A stretch of DNA of 64,000 nt, from the IMG/VR virus record IMGVR_UViG_3300025138_000017. One strand, given 5' to 3'. Both the position numbers and the translations under genes were made by a program. The stretch is from an uncultured virus (IMG/VR IMGVR_UViG_3300025138_000017). Taxonomy: Duplodnaviria; Heunggongvirae; Uroviricota; Caudoviricetes. Positions within the stretch are counted from its first letter, which is position 1; every line of letters starts with the position of its first letter. The notes under the pieces are model-generated. The model searched no databases. It was given only the letters and a program-made list of their open reading frames with translations, and had not been told where the DNA came from. Below, piece after piece: positions 46,466-57,338 of this stretch.

Positions 46466-48747
46466 GATTCGCATTCCTCATCATCTAATGGGTTATCCTG
46501 CTCAACATATGGATGAGCTGGTTCTTCTACTTCATCAGTAGCACCATCGTATGTGTTAAAGTAGTACAATTGTTTACCACCATACTTATAGAAGCTAATG
46601 ATATCTTGAAGTAATGTACTCATAGGGATCTTTTCATCTTCATAGAATCTAGGATTGTATGAAGTGTTTACAGAGATGCCTTGATCAACATACTTCTGTA
46701 GCACTGCACATATCTTTAGATAACCTTCTGGTGACTTCTGATCCCACAATAGCTCATACTTATTCTTTAAATGGAAGATGCCTGGTACTACTTGTTTCAA
46801 TACACCGTCCTTGCTTTGTTTAATTGATACTAATGCTCTAGGTGGTTCAATACCATTTGTTGCATTAGATATTTGACTAGATGTCTCACTAGGCATTAAT
46901 GCCATTAATGTTGAGTTACGTATCCCATATTCTTTTAGATTATCTGAAAGAGTATCCCAATCTTGTGTTAGTTTTCTATTGACTAGCTCATCAACTTCTT
47001 TCTTGTAAGTATCTTTAGGAACGATTCCTTTGCCATACTTAGTTTGATATGATAGCTTGCATGCTCCTTTTTTCTTAGCTAGCTTGTTGGAAGCTCTGAT
47101 TAGATGGTATGACCATGCTTCTGCCCATTCATCTATCATCTCTAAGTTAGGATTTGAATAGTTCATATCATTCTTAGCCATCCAATATGCAAAGTTAATT
47201 ATACCTACTCCTAGTGGCCTTCTATTCATTGTTGATCTTTCTGCTGCCACTACAGGATAGTCCTGATAATCTAGCAATTGGTCTAATGCTCTCACTAATA
47301 GCTCTGCTGGTCGTTTAAATCCTTTTGGATCTTTTATCTCACCCCAATTAACAGCTGCAAGTGTACATAACGATATCTCCCCTGCTGGATCGTCTATACT
47401 TTGTAATGGTTTAGTTGGTAAGTTAATCTCACAACATAGGTTAGATTGTCTAATAGGTGCTAGATCAGGTTGAAATGCTCCGTGATCGTTAGCATGATCC
47501 ACATTCATTAAGTAAATACGTCCAGTGTCCTTCCTTTCCTGCATAAATGATGAGAATATTTCTGTAGCCGATACTTTCTTTTTCCTGATGCTAGTCTTCC
47601 GTTCTGCGGCTTCATAAAGTTCTCTGAAAGAGTCAGTATCAGTGAAGAAGGTGTCCCACAACTCAGGAACATCGCTCGGTGAGAATAGTGTGATCTCTTG
47701 TCCTTGTAATAGTCTTTCGTAGAAGACTTTGTTGAATTGTACTCCATAGTCCATATGTCTTATTCTGTTGTCTTCCGTACCCTTACCGTTCTTGAGTACT
47801 AACAGGTCTTCAATCTCTAGGTGCCATATTGGATAATATAAAGTTGCTGCTCCACCACGTACGCCACCTTGCGAACATGACCTGACGGCTGACTGAAAAT
47901 GTTTATAGAAAGGAATGACTCCAGTATGGGTAGCATGACCGCCATTGATACTTGATCCATGGGCTCTAATTTGTCCACCACCTACGCCTATACCAGCTCT
48001 CTTTGAGACATACTTTACGATTGCTGCTGATGTAGCATTAATACTATCAAGCGAATCACCTGATTCTATCAATACACAAGAACTAAACTGTCTTATAGTT
48101 GTTCTCACACCAGCCATAACAGGAGTAGGCAATGATATTATTTGCTTACTAGCCAGGTCATAGAATTCTTTAACCCAATGCATTCTGTTATCTTCGTATT
48201 CATGAAACAATGTAGCCCCAATCAGCATTAATGCTACTTGAGGTGTTTCACATATTGTTTTATTGTATCTATCTTGTACCAGATATTTGCCTCGGAATTG
48301 TTCCATAGCTGCATAGGTATATGCTTCATCTCGTTTGTGGTCAATCCATTTTTCCATTTGTTCCCACTCATCTTCTGAGTACATCTTTAACAGTAGCGGG
48401 TCGTACATTCTATTCTGTACGTTCTTCTTAACTATGTCTAATAGATGAGGAGGATCAAATTGTCCATACACTTCTTTTCTTAAGTGATATGTTATTAGTC
48501 TACCAGCTACAAATTGATAGTTTGGATTGTCCTCGCTGATTAGATCAGCTGCAGCCTTAATCATTGTCTCTTGTATATCTTTAGATGATATATTATCTTG
48601 GAAAGATATGTGAGAATTTAATTCTACTTGAGACGCAGAAACTCCTGTGAGGCCATCACATGCGTAAAATACTACTTTATGGAGTTTTTCTAAGTCGAGA
48701 TTTTCTTTACGACCATTTCTCTTTACAATCGAGATTTCTGTTGTCAT
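46453..48747 (-). CDS. nrdA: Ribonucleotide reductase class Ia alpha subunit with ATP cone
   Basis: VKRNG ATP cone, QFSSCVL, SNLCCEI, MPSETSS, C-terminal CESC. Confidence 0.97.
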   Translation of the reverse strand: MTTEISIVKRNGRKENLDLEKLHKVVFYACDGLTGVSASQVELNSHISFQDNISSKDIQETMIKAAADLISEDNPNYQFVAGRLITYHLRKEVYGQFDPPHLLDIVKKNVQNRMYDPLLLKMYSEDEWEQMEKWIDHKRDEAYTYAAMEQFRGKYLVQDRYNKTICETPQVALMLIGATLFHEYEDNRMHWVKEFYDLASKQIISLPTPVMAGVRTTIRQFSSCVLIESGDSLDSINATSAAIVKYVSKRAGIGVGGGQIRAHGSSINGGHATHTGVIPFYKHFQSAVRSCSQGGVRGGAATLYYPIWHLEIEDLLVLKNGKGTEDNRIRHMDYGVQFNKVFYERLLQGQEITLFSPSDVPELWDTFFTDTDSFRELYEAAERKTSIRKKKVSATEIFSSFMQERKDTGRIYLMNVDHANDHGAFQPDLAPIRQSNLCCEINLPTKPLQSIDDPAGEISLCTLAAVNWGEIKDPKGFKRPAELLVRALDQLLDYQDYPVVAAERSTMNRRPLGVGIINFAYWMAKNDMNYSNPNLEMIDEWAEAWSYHLIRASNKLAKKKGACKLSYQTKYGKGIVPKDTYKKEVDELVNRKLTQDWDTLSDNLKEYGIRNSTLMALMPSETSSQISNATNGIEPPRALVSIKQSKDGVLKQVVPGIFHLKNKYELLWDQKSPEGYLKICAVLQKYVDQGISVNTSYNPRFYEDEKIPMSTLLQDIISFYKYGGKQLYYFNTYDGATDEVEEPAHPYVEQDNPLDDEECESCVL

Positions 48748-48755
48748 TGTTCACC

Positions 48756-49184
48756 TTATACATTAATAAATTTTCTATTCTCTAAGTGCTCAGCTTCAAT
48801 GTCGTCTTTAGACTGACCGTGATAAGCTACAGCGTGATGTTCCTCAATCATCATTTGATTGATGTTAGTCTTGACTGATATATGATCAGACTCTTCGGAA
48901 ACTTCTTCTATCCATAGTTCTCCTAGGATTCGTCCGAATTTACCAACACCATCTTTAAAAGTTTTTAGAATAGGTGTACCACTTGCTAGCTTCTCTTTTA
49001 AGTAAGCTGAAGCAGCTTTACCATATTTCTTTTCTTCTAAATCTCTTGTTCTGCTTTCTGGAGTATCAATGCCATATAAACGAACTCTCTCGTTCCTCAT
49101 CCATATTCCAAAACCCAAATCTATGTCAACGTCAACCGTGTCTCCGTCAACAACCTTTACTATATTTACTCGATACTCGTGCAT
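48756..49184 (-). CDS. Thermonuclease (SNase-like)
   Basis: VVDGDTVD, RVRLYGIDTPE, GKFGRILG. Confidence 0.88.
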   Translation of the reverse strand: MHEYRVNIVKVVDGDTVDVDIDLGFGIWMRNERVRLYGIDTPESRTRDLEEKKYGKAASAYLKEKLASGTPILKTFKDGVGKFGRILGELWIEEVSEESDHISVKTNINQMMIEEHHAVAYHGQSKDDIEAEHLENRKFINV

Positions 49185-49223
49185 GATTGCTCCTTGAATT
49201 TTTTAGTGCAAGTCTATTTACCA

Positions 49224-50261
49224 TTATGCTTTACTGTAGACTTGCATGGCAAGTTTAGCTTTTAAACCGCTATATATATTGCCATCTATTATTGCTTTTA
49301 TGTCAGCAGGTTCCATTCCATTCACGACCATATCATTAATATCTTTATGTTCCAAATGACTTGGCCACACACAAACTTTATATCCTTGTGCAATAGCTTT
49401 GTTCATCTGATCCACGTTTGTTTTACTTCTAGGTTCATTATCGAGGACAACAACTACATCTTGATCTGGTAAGTGTCTCTTAATCAAATCAAAGTGCATA
49501 CTACCTACAGCAATTGAGTTAGGAATGAACATACTATCAAACTGTCCTTCCATAACATAAACAGTATTAGATATATCAATCGTATCTAAACCATAAACAA
49601 AACCACTCTCTTCGCTCCATGACATCTTAAGATATCTTTGAGCTGTGGGTGATGTAGACCTGGCAATTGCACCAAAGCATTTGCCTTTCTTATCACATAG
49701 TGGTAAAACTAATCTTGGATCCTTACCATCAAAGCTCGCTTTGAACTTCTCTGGTAACCATTTACTTGCCCAACTATATCCATTAGGGACATAGAAGATT
49801 TTGTAATGTAAGTTACTAGGAATTTTTCTACCATTAATATATATCTTAGCTGGATGGTTCCAATTGAGCTGACTTACAGTTTTTAGCTCTTTAAATGGTT
49901 TTTTTCCTAAGCTGGTAAAAGTTGGCTTACTTTCAAAATTAGCTGTCACATCTACTGTCGTTGATAATGTATTACTAACAGCATTCAGTTCTTTTAATAC
50001 TTCTAGTTTATACTCCTGTGCAAGGTTAGGAGCAAACTCTTTGAGGAAGTTTTCTACAGATCTGGTTGCACTACAGTTGTGACAGAAGTATTTGTACTCA
50101 CCTTGCTTGTGTAGCCAATAACCTCTTTTCTTATGCTTGTTCTTTTGACTGTCTCCACATATTGGACAACGACAGTTAAACGTCCCTGGAGACGTCTCTT
50201 TGAATCCATCTAAAATATTAGATAGTAATAGAATATATTTACGCTGTAACCACTCAGTCAT
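49224..50261 (-). CDS. 61: T4-like DNA primase gp61
   Basis: CPICGDS...CHNC zinc ribbon, EGQFDS, DNEPR, KDIND TOPRIM; start at MTEW, 7 nt after the -10 box. Confidence 0.95.
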   Translation of the reverse strand: MTEWLQRKYILLLSNILDGFKETSPGTFNCRCPICGDSQKNKHKKRGYWLHKQGEYKYFCHNCSATRSVENFLKEFAPNLAQEYKLEVLKELNAVSNTLSTTVDVTANFESKPTFTSLGKKPFKELKTVSQLNWNHPAKIYINGRKIPSNLHYKIFYVPNGYSWASKWLPEKFKASFDGKDPRLVLPLCDKKGKCFGAIARSTSPTAQRYLKMSWSEESGFVYGLDTIDISNTVYVMEGQFDSMFIPNSIAVGSMHFDLIKRHLPDQDVVVVLDNEPRSKTNVDQMNKAIAQGYKVCVWPSHLEHKDINDMVVNGMEPADIKAIIDGNIYSGLKAKLAMQVYSKA

Positions 50262-50268
50262 GCTATGC

Positions 50269-50297
50269 ATTATACATGCATAAGAATCTTAAGTCAA
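50269..50297 (-). promoter_or_regulatory. sigma70-type promoter of the primase gene
   Basis: TTGACT-N17-TATAAT. Confidence 0.8.
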
Positions 50298-50311
50298 CCG
50301 ATTAAGGTGTT

Positions 50312-50659
50312 TTATTGCATTGGAAGATGAAAGCCAGCACCAATGAGAGCTGATACAACTGCTGCACCACCTACGATCATCCACTTCCATTGTTTCAATG
50401 AAGCTATGTCTTCTCTTATTTCTGCTGATTCTCTATTCATATCATCTCTAAGATTACCTATCCTTTGATGAACTGAATCCATTTGTACGAAGTGTCTTTC
50501 CATAATAGTCTCGGCTTGGTCTATTCGAGTCTCGTGAACGGCAAGGATTTGTTTAATGTCACTAGATACATCAGATAGCTTATCGATAGCCAAGTCTAAC
50601 TTGTCTACAACTTTAATAATATGGGTTATCTCATTACTTTCTATTTTATCTGTTGGCAT
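50312..50659 (-). CDS. Coiled-coil protein with C-terminal TM (holin-like candidate)
   Basis: LAVHETRI coiled coil, LKQWKWMIVGG TM. Confidence 0.5.
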   Translation of the reverse strand: MPTDKIESNEITHIIKVVDKLDLAIDKLSDVSSDIKQILAVHETRIDQAETIMERHFVQMDSVHQRIGNLRDDMNRESAEIREDIASLKQWKWMIVGGAAVVSALIGAGFHLPMQ

Positions 50660-50954
50660 TTTCTAGGTCCTTAATCCTTTTATTAATTTGTTCGTATCCT
50701 TCGAACTCCTCAATACCACATTTAGGATGTGCTATTGATTCTAAATACTCTAACCTTTGTTTTAAGTTAGGATATTGATTAAGCCAATTCTCTTCTCTTT
50801 TGGCTATTTCTATATCATATTTAGTTGCGACGTATTCCATTGTATCGTCGACTTTATCTTGAAACCAAACACCGACACGAGTGTTCTTAAACCAGCTGTA
50901 AAAGCTAGATCCAAATACACTTCCCAGTATTGTTTTTAAGAGAAACCACCACAT
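50646..50954 (-). CDS. Hypothetical membrane-anchored protein
   Basis: N-terminal hydrophobic segment, RBS GGAG. Confidence 0.55.
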   Translation of the reverse strand: MWWFLLKTILGSVFGSSFYSWFKNTRVGVWFQDKVDDTMEYVATKYDIEIAKREENWLNQYPNLKQRLEYLESIAHPKCGIEEFEGYEQINKRIKDLENANR

Positions 50955-50983
50955 GAATACTCCGTTGACTCAGTATGTATTTA

Positions 50984-51724
50984 TTATTTACTTGCTTTGA
51001 GTTCGAATTTTTGTTGAGTTTTTATAGCTTTGACATAGTTAGGCATACCATGATCTGTGATACCATCAAAGAACTTCCACCTCTTCCATGAATTCCATAT
51101 TCCGTATAACATATCAGTCCAAGTTGGTTTATCTTGTGGCTTTCCAAATCTATCAAAATATATCATCTTACCGTGATGTCTAAATCCTAACCATGCTGGT
51201 GGAATTCTACATACGATGTCATTATTGTTCATAAATCTCATATGAGGACACTTAACATTTTTGATAAACTTAGGTCCTCCTACTCTAGGAGATCCAAATG
51301 TGTATAGAGCTTGTGGAGACTTTCTTGTTGCAGCAATGGTTGCCATAGCTGCTCCTAATGAATGTCCTGTGAAATATAATTCTCTAGGATTTTTGAGTTG
51401 ATCATTTGCATCTAACTCTTTAATTACTTCCATCCATAAGTCATTAACTTCTTGTTGGAAACCTCCATGAACCTTACCCCCTGCCATAGCAGTATTCTTG
51501 ATAACTTTAAGGTCAGCAAGCACATCGTTTAATTGTGAAGGTTCTGTTCCTCTGAAAGCTATCCAGAGTTCTTTTGTTGATTTAGCAACAAGCATTTCAG
51601 CACCATCTATTGATACTAATTTGACTGTTCTAAATCCTAGTTTTTTAGCTGCTGTGATTGCAGGTGCTTCGTTCTTATAAGCAATTGCAGATAGCTGAGC
51701 TCCTAGTAAAGGTTTATCCCACAT
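50984..51724 (-). CDS. Class 3 lipase
   Basis: AFRGTE, VHGGF, TGHSLG nucleophile elbow, TFGSPRVG, NNDIV; start at MWDK. Confidence 0.9.
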   Translation of the reverse strand: MWDKPLLGAQLSAIAYKNEAPAITAAKKLGFRTVKLVSIDGAEMLVAKSTKELWIAFRGTEPSQLNDVLADLKVIKNTAMAGGKVHGGFQQEVNDLWMEVIKELDANDQLKNPRELYFTGHSLGAAMATIAATRKSPQALYTFGSPRVGGPKFIKNVKCPHMRFMNNNDIVCRIPPAWLGFRHHGKMIYFDRFGKPQDKPTWTDMLYGIWNSWKRWKFFDGITDHGMPNYVKAIKTQQKFELKASK

Positions 51725-51752
51725 AGTTGTCCTAACTTTATTGTTGTTAAAT

Positions 51753-51947
51753 CTATTTAGTAGATTTTTTAGGACGGCCTCTTTTTTTAGGTGCAGCCTT
51801 TGGAGCAGATTTGCTCTTGTAAACCATTGTTTTAGATTCATCGACGTCTGGGGTTGACTTATCGTCTGCAATAAATCTTCCTTTTTCATCTTTCGCTCTA
51901 ACTTCTTCCCATCCCATAAATTGTAATACATTATTCCACCAACTCAT
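51753..51947 (-). CDS. Small basic protein with AT-hook-like tail
   Basis: RAKDEKGRFIADD; KKRGRPKK. Confidence 0.55.
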   Translation of the reverse strand: MSWWNNVLQFMGWEEVRAKDEKGRFIADDKSTPDVDESKTMVYKSKSAPKAAPKKRGRPKKSTK

Positions 51948-51948
51948 T

Positions 51949-52455
51949 TCAATCTCCTTTTTTCTCTATGGCAACACCGACCCCGGGTTCGCCTTTAATA
52001 GTTACGGATCTATAATACACAACCACCTCACCAAGTTGTTTTATATACCTCTTCAGTTCTTGCATATCTTCTGCCATTACTTTATAGTCTCCTATAGTTG
52101 TGGCAACAAATACGACTTCACCGTTGTTCTGTTCTTTCATTTCATCCAAGAACCTGTCAAGATATGTATATCCTTCAGGCCAATCTGGATTCTCTGTGTC
52201 TTCTTTAGCACATGCTTTAGGTCTCTTCATGGATCCATCTTCCTGTTCAACCTTAACACATGGATTAGCTATCTTAGCTTCTGATACAACGTACCATTGT
52301 GGAGCAGTTAAGTCCACAGGTCTTGGCAACACAGGTTGCATTATATCAATCTCTATAGGTTTAGAGACTATCTCTACTTGCTTTGAACCAAGTAATGCAC
52401 ATCCACTAGTCGTTAGTAGTAGGATTGCCAATATTGAAAAGTTCTTCAGTATCAT
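51949..52455 (-). CDS. Outer-membrane lipoprotein, o-spanin-like
   Basis: Lipobox TSGC; overlaps the end of the i-spanin gene. Confidence 0.65.
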   Translation of the reverse strand: MILKNFSILAILLLTTSGCALLGSKQVEIVSKPIEIDIMQPVLPRPVDLTAPQWYVVSEAKIANPCVKVEQEDGSMKRPKACAKEDTENPDWPEGYTYLDRFLDEMKEQNNGEVVFVATTIGDYKVMAEDMQELKRYIKQLGEVVVYYRSVTIKGEPGVGVAIEKKGD

Positions 52456-52789
52456 CTTCTAGTCCCTCCATCACTTTTTCACTAGCATTATTAAATCTGT
52501 TCTCCATGAGTCCAGGCTTTTTAATTGCCAGCATATCTAAATTATGTCTTGCGAATATAGAGAGGTATTCTGCCTTCTCTGCTTCGATCTCAGCGTTTTT
52601 ACGAGACATATTGCTTAAAGCCTTACCTTGCTTCTCATAGCTCTCTTTCATAGCTGTCATTGCAGCCTTCTGCTCTGCTACAGCACCTTCTAGTGCTAGG
52701 TTATTAGCAGCTAGTGTTTGGTTCTCTTGGTATAGCCAATAGCCACCAAGACCCAACACTAATATTATACCTATTAACATTTGTTGCAT
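52406..52789 (-). CDS. i-spanin-like protein
   Basis: N-terminal TM followed by a long coiled coil, AIKKPGL. Confidence 0.65.
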   Translation of the reverse strand: MQQMLIGIILVLGLGGYWLYQENQTLAANNLALEGAVAEQKAAMTAMKESYEKQGKALSNMSRKNAEIEAEKAEYLSIFARHNLDMLAIKKPGLMENRFNNASEKVMEGLEDDTEELFNIGNPTTND

Positions 52790-54175
52790 TAGTCCATTTC
52801 CTCAATCTTATAATTAAGACCATCAGCACCAGAGAATGATATCTTACACCCATCTTCATTAATAAATATCAATGACTTTTCTTTCTGTGTAATTATTTTA
52901 GGTACATTCTCAAATACTTGATCATCAGCATCACCATAGATTGCATTGTATGATACTGTCACTTTATGGTATGTAATGAACCAGGATTTAATCCAGATCC
53001 ATGTTGTTCTACACCATTCTATAAAATTTCTCAATCGGTCCACTAGAACATCCCATTAAACTTACTATTCACATATGTTTTAATGCCACTGTGATAGTTT
53101 GCAGCATCTTTCTTATTCATTTGTTTATATGACTTTGCTTTTTTCTTAGTGACTTTAACATCATCAGGACCATTAATTCCACCACCGGCAATGTTACCAG
53201 CACCCATTGAATTAGTTGGCATCTCTTCTAGTGCCTTTGCATAATCATCTAGCTTGTATAGTCTTAGATAATCTGCGAATGTTCCATTACTTTCTTGTAT
53301 AACTTGAGATTCTGATTTAGCTGACCAATCTTCTTTAATTAACATTAATGCAGCTGCATACGATGCTAGTCTAGTTTTACCGCCTGGTATCTTCTCAAGT
53401 AATTTTTTAAGTCTTAATACTAATAGATCGAATATCTTAAATGATTCTTTTTGTTTTCTATCTCTTCTTCTCTCAAGGACTTTAATGTTTCCTCTTTGAT
53501 CTATTACTCCAGACTTATATGCATCCCATCTATTAAATGGAGTTGCTAATCTTTTTATGAATTGGTATATCATAAAGATATCTACTACACCTGTTGATGC
53601 TTCTGATATATCTTCTTTCTTTAATGATGGGTTCTCTGCTCTGTGTTTAACTAATGCAGCTTGAGTCTTTTCTTTTTCTTTCTGCCAATACTTAGCTCTG
53701 TCCTCTAATGATTGACCACCAGACAGTTTAGCAAATCTTTTGTTTATCTTATCGTAAGCTGACATCTTTTTGTAAGCCATTAGTCTACTATGCTCCTAAG
53801 GAGGTCTACAACATGTAAATCCTCTTCTATCAAATCAGTATCAATTACATTACCTTCAATTCCGATACCAAATATCTTTGGAGGTAATCTATCTAACAAC
53901 CCTAAAAAAGGTTTTAGAATGTCTTGATACTCTTTTAACTTAAAGAACAACATCCTTGTCGTTCCCTCATTACCAAATAAGTTATATAAAACTAAAAGAT
54001 GATTAAGTACTAATCTTTCCTTTAGTTCTCCATTCTCCTGGTATTTATTAAAAAGTCGTTTGAGATACTTAAATCTTTTGAGATCATCAAAGAATTCGGC
54101 TTCATCCATACATTGTGGATTGTCGTATGATTGCGCTGCAAAGAGTATAAAATTAGATTCATCAATTTTGTTCAT
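52789..54175 (-). CDS. Three conserved late hypothetical proteins (52789-53043, 53043-53780, 53780-54175)
   Basis: YQFIKRLATPF..WDAYK.GVID and YDNPQC...FFDDLKRFKY motifs typical of T4-like phages; TATAAATA at 54181-54188. Confidence 0.7.
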
Positions 54176-54197
54176 AATAATATTTATATTGAGAGTA

Positions 54198-55508
54198 TTA
54201 ACTGCCTACGACTATAATGTTCCCCACCATTCCGCCATGACTTGTACATTGATATACTATATTAGCTGCATTCATAGGTACTGTCCATACAACCTTACCA
54301 TTTGTACTATTAGTGTCAACAACACCGTTAGAATATGCACTACCACCACTAGACACCCTTAATTGAAATGGGTGACTACTTAAGTTAGTGTAGTTATCAA
54401 ATTCGTATGTAAATCCTTTCATTACATACAATGTTTCGTTGTTAGTTCCTTGTGCACCACTGCCAGCAAATGTATATGCACTTGATCCAGAAGCTCCAAC
54501 TGTCCACTTAATGTCAGATCTACTATCTGCTGCCATTACATGTACTTCACCACCCATACCTGAGTGTTGTGTACAGTAATAGTAATACAATTCATCTGCG
54601 TCTTGTTGTAATTGTACCTTAGTATAGGCTCCAGCTTGTCCTGGTGTTCCTACTCTTTGGTAAATTATTGTTCCATCAGATGATGTATTGTTTGCTATTT
54701 CGGATCCACTATTATGTGTTCCTCCAAAAGTCTTACTAAATGCTAGTGGATGATTACTATTAGTGTTATCTGTTTGATCAAACCAATATACTAATCCAGG
54801 AACCAATCTCATTGATTGTCTACTTGTTCCATCTATTAGATATTTGTTTCCTGAAGATTCACTCGCTACTGTCACAGTATGGACAGCTGCTCCAGGAACA
54901 GTACCTACATCATAGTCTCTTTTATCATAATGTTGATTGAATACATTATTTCCACCGTGATACAATTTACCACCTGCAACAACAGTATGACCATCGAATG
55001 ATGAGTTGTTAGCTGGTAAGGCTCCTTCACTTCCATATGAAGGTGCATCAACGTCTGTTAATGTGTTAATTGTTGAAGGGTCGAATGAGAATGTTATTGT
55101 ATTGCCTGTAGCAGATACGATAACACCATTACTCTGAGCTAATGTAGACACAAATGTAACATTGTTGTCTGAAACAACATTACCCGAAGGGGTGTTAATT
55201 TGTGATATTGTATTACCTGTTGATATTACAGAAGAATCAAAAGAGATTGTAACTACGTTTCCGCTTACACTCGTTGATACCCCTGTTCCACCTGTAATAC
55301 TTACAGATGCAGACGAATTGGCGGCGGATACGCTTCCGCTATCCCCCGTCAATGTCTTAATCAATGGTAATGCTACTTGAACAGCACTACTCAATGTCGC
55401 AACACTCACACTATTAGATACTGCTGTACCTGATGTATTTGTTGTAACAACCAACAGATCAGTGTTGGATAAACTGGTAGCTGCTGTCAGCTCAGTTAGT
55501 TTTGGCAT
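54198..55508 (-). CDS. Virion structural/fibre protein
   Basis: PKLTELTAAT N-terminus, Ser/Thr/Gly-rich, two YxCxxHxGM domains. Confidence 0.65.
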   Translation of the reverse strand: MPKLTELTAATSLSNTDLLVVTTNTSGTAVSNSVSVATLSSAVQVALPLIKTLTGDSGSVSAANSSASVSITGGTGVSTSVSGNVVTISFDSSVISTGNTISQINTPSGNVVSDNNVTFVSTLAQSNGVIVSATGNTITFSFDPSTINTLTDVDAPSYGSEGALPANNSSFDGHTVVAGGKLYHGGNNVFNQHYDKRDYDVGTVPGAAVHTVTVASESSGNKYLIDGTSRQSMRLVPGLVYWFDQTDNTNSNHPLAFSKTFGGTHNSGSEIANNTSSDGTIIYQRVGTPGQAGAYTKVQLQQDADELYYYYCTQHSGMGGEVHVMAADSRSDIKWTVGASGSSAYTFAGSGAQGTNNETLYVMKGFTYEFDNYTNLSSHPFQLRVSSGGSAYSNGVVDTNSTNGKVVWTVPMNAANIVYQCTSHGGMVGNIIVVGS

Positions 55509-55530
55509 AGTATAACCCTAATTGTTTTTA

Positions 55531-56532
55531 TTAGCTATCTGGTGCTACAGCGTCATCTGCTGCATCTCCAGAAATGCTTGATCCAGCGACCAATACTTCG
55601 TATTGAACTCTGCCTGCACGTCCGCCTGTTCCTTCGATTCTTCTTACCCAACCTGCATGTGCAACACCTTTATTAGATGCTCCACCTACAACTGCTGATG
55701 CTGTTGCTGTTTCTCCAGTCAATGTATGACCAGTTTCAGTAACAGAAGCTGTTAAGTTAATTGCTGCACCACCTTTGGTTTCAGATAACTTAATAACAGT
55801 TGAATTTGCGAATTGAATGAAATACGTAGTACCGTTTGCTAAACCACCAACTGCTGTGTTTCCAGCTGCAACTAAATATGTTGCTTGATCTTCTGCTGCC
55901 CATGTACCAGCACCTGCGAGAGTAATTGTTTCTCCGGTGTTAGCAACTGCAGTTAAAGCATTAAATGCCTGAGCTGCTGGAGCTGAGATAGCAACACTAG
56001 GATTAGTTTCATAACTAGAGCCAGCGTTTGTGATGTTTACTACTGAAAGTCTACCTGCTGCACTTACTTGTGCGTTTGCTGCGCCTGATGATCCACCACC
56101 GCCAGATATTGTTACAGTTCCATTAGCATTATAACCTGATCCATCATCAGTAATGATAATGTTTACAATTGGTCCTGCACCTACGCCTGACTCAGTAGTA
56201 TCAATACCAAACACTTTAGCTTGATCACCTAAATTACCTGATGAATCAAGCCCTTCAGCTTGAGACACAAACAATGGTTTCTCGTTAAGTGTGTAGTTTG
56301 CACCAGCTGATACAGCGTTTACAGATGTTCCCAATTTAGCAGGTATAACGGTTGCTACAGTATTAGAAGTAATAGAATTCATGATGAACGCAGTTGTAGA
56401 ATTGATCACTAAATGATCTCCTACTAAGGCTTCAGTATCAAACAATGTTGAAGTACCTGCTATGTCTCCATTAGCATGAACTTGAACAGTACCTGTTGAA
56501 GTCTTGTCGTCTTTATTTCCCCAAAGTGCCAT
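55531..56532 (-). CDS. Virion structural protein
   Basis: MALWG N-terminus, G.GY repeats, HAGWV...GRVQYEVLVA C-terminus. Confidence 0.7.
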   Translation of the reverse strand: MALWGNKDDKTSTGTVQVHANGDIAGTSTLFDTEALVGDHLVINSTTAFIMNSITSNTVATVIPAKLGTSVNAVSAGANYTLNEKPLFVSQAEGLDSSGNLGDQAKVFGIDTTESGVGAGPIVNIIITDDGSGYNANGTVTISGGGGSSGAANAQVSAAGRLSVVNITNAGSSYETNPSVAISAPAAQAFNALTAVANTGETITLAGAGTWAAEDQATYLVAAGNTAVGGLANGTTYFIQFANSTVIKLSETKGGAAINLTASVTETGHTLTGETATASAVVGGASNKGVAHAGWVRRIEGTGGRAGRVQYEVLVAGSSISGDAADDAVAPDS

Positions 56533-56566
56533 TTTTATCTCCTAATTAATAGTCTTAAGTATTTAT

Positions 56567-57337
56567 CTACTTTTTACTTTTCTTTTCTTTCTTTTTTGGA
56601 TGACCGTGATGCATCTCAGCCACAATTTCTAATTCGTTGACCGGCACGTCTTGAACTAGCTCAGTACCAAACATAACATCGTAATGAGTTACAGTTCCAG
56701 TACCATCTTCATTTTCTTCAAGTGTATGCATACCAGGTACGCACTGTCCTTCACCATGTTCTTTATGAACAACGTGAGTAGCACAGTCATGTTGAAGTGC
56801 CTTAGATGCTGCATCAGCATCCAAATCTGATTCTACCAATGAATCAAAGTCATCGTCTTGTAATAAGACTTCTTCAATTGCTTCCACGACATAGTCAGGT
56901 AATTCAAATCCTTCTTTTGCCATAGCTTTTTTGATAGCTTTTCTTTTTTTCATGAGAAACTTATCTGAATTGTCTTCGTCACCATCGTTGTCGACATCTT
57001 CGTCTTCATCTCCGACTGGATCCATTTTATTCTTCTCATTGTAAAGACCTTTTGCCATCTTTTCTTTTGATGACATTTTTTTGCCTTCTTTAACTAATTG
57101 TTCGCCATCTAATTTCATTCCATCTGGAATGGGCTTACATTTTTGTGCATCAGTGCAGAAGTATTCACCTTCTTTACATCCGCTTGATTTTCCTTCAGCA
57201 TGTGTTACTGCAGGATGTTCCTCTTCTGTTTGAGCTTTTGCTGTCTCATCATCTTTGACACCCATCATAATTTTTGATGCTGCATCAATAACGGCTTGAG
57301 TAGCTTTATTGCTTTGTGTGCCAAATATATCCGACAT
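56567..57337 (-). CDS. Acidic late protein (internal head protein candidate)
   Basis: D/E-rich, DxDxDNDGD motif, HDCATHVVH domain. Confidence 0.6.
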   Translation of the reverse strand: MSDIFGTQSNKATQAVIDAASKIMMGVKDDETAKAQTEEEHPAVTHAEGKSSGCKEGEYFCTDAQKCKPIPDGMKLDGEQLVKEGKKMSSKEKMAKGLYNEKNKMDPVGDEDEDVDNDGDEDNSDKFLMKKRKAIKKAMAKEGFELPDYVVEAIEEVLLQDDDFDSLVESDLDADAASKALQHDCATHVVHKEHGEGQCVPGMHTLEENEDGTGTVTHYDVMFGTELVQDVPVNELEIVAEMHHGHPKKKEKKSKK

Positions 57338-57338
57338 A

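Noticed and set aside
45386..48747. Introns, inteins or homing endonucleases in nrdA/nrdB
   Set aside because: Both genes are continuous and of normal length.
51725..51931. N-terminal extension of the lipase ORF
   Set aside because: Overlaps the separate 64-aa gene; an RBS (AGGA) precedes the ATG at 51724.
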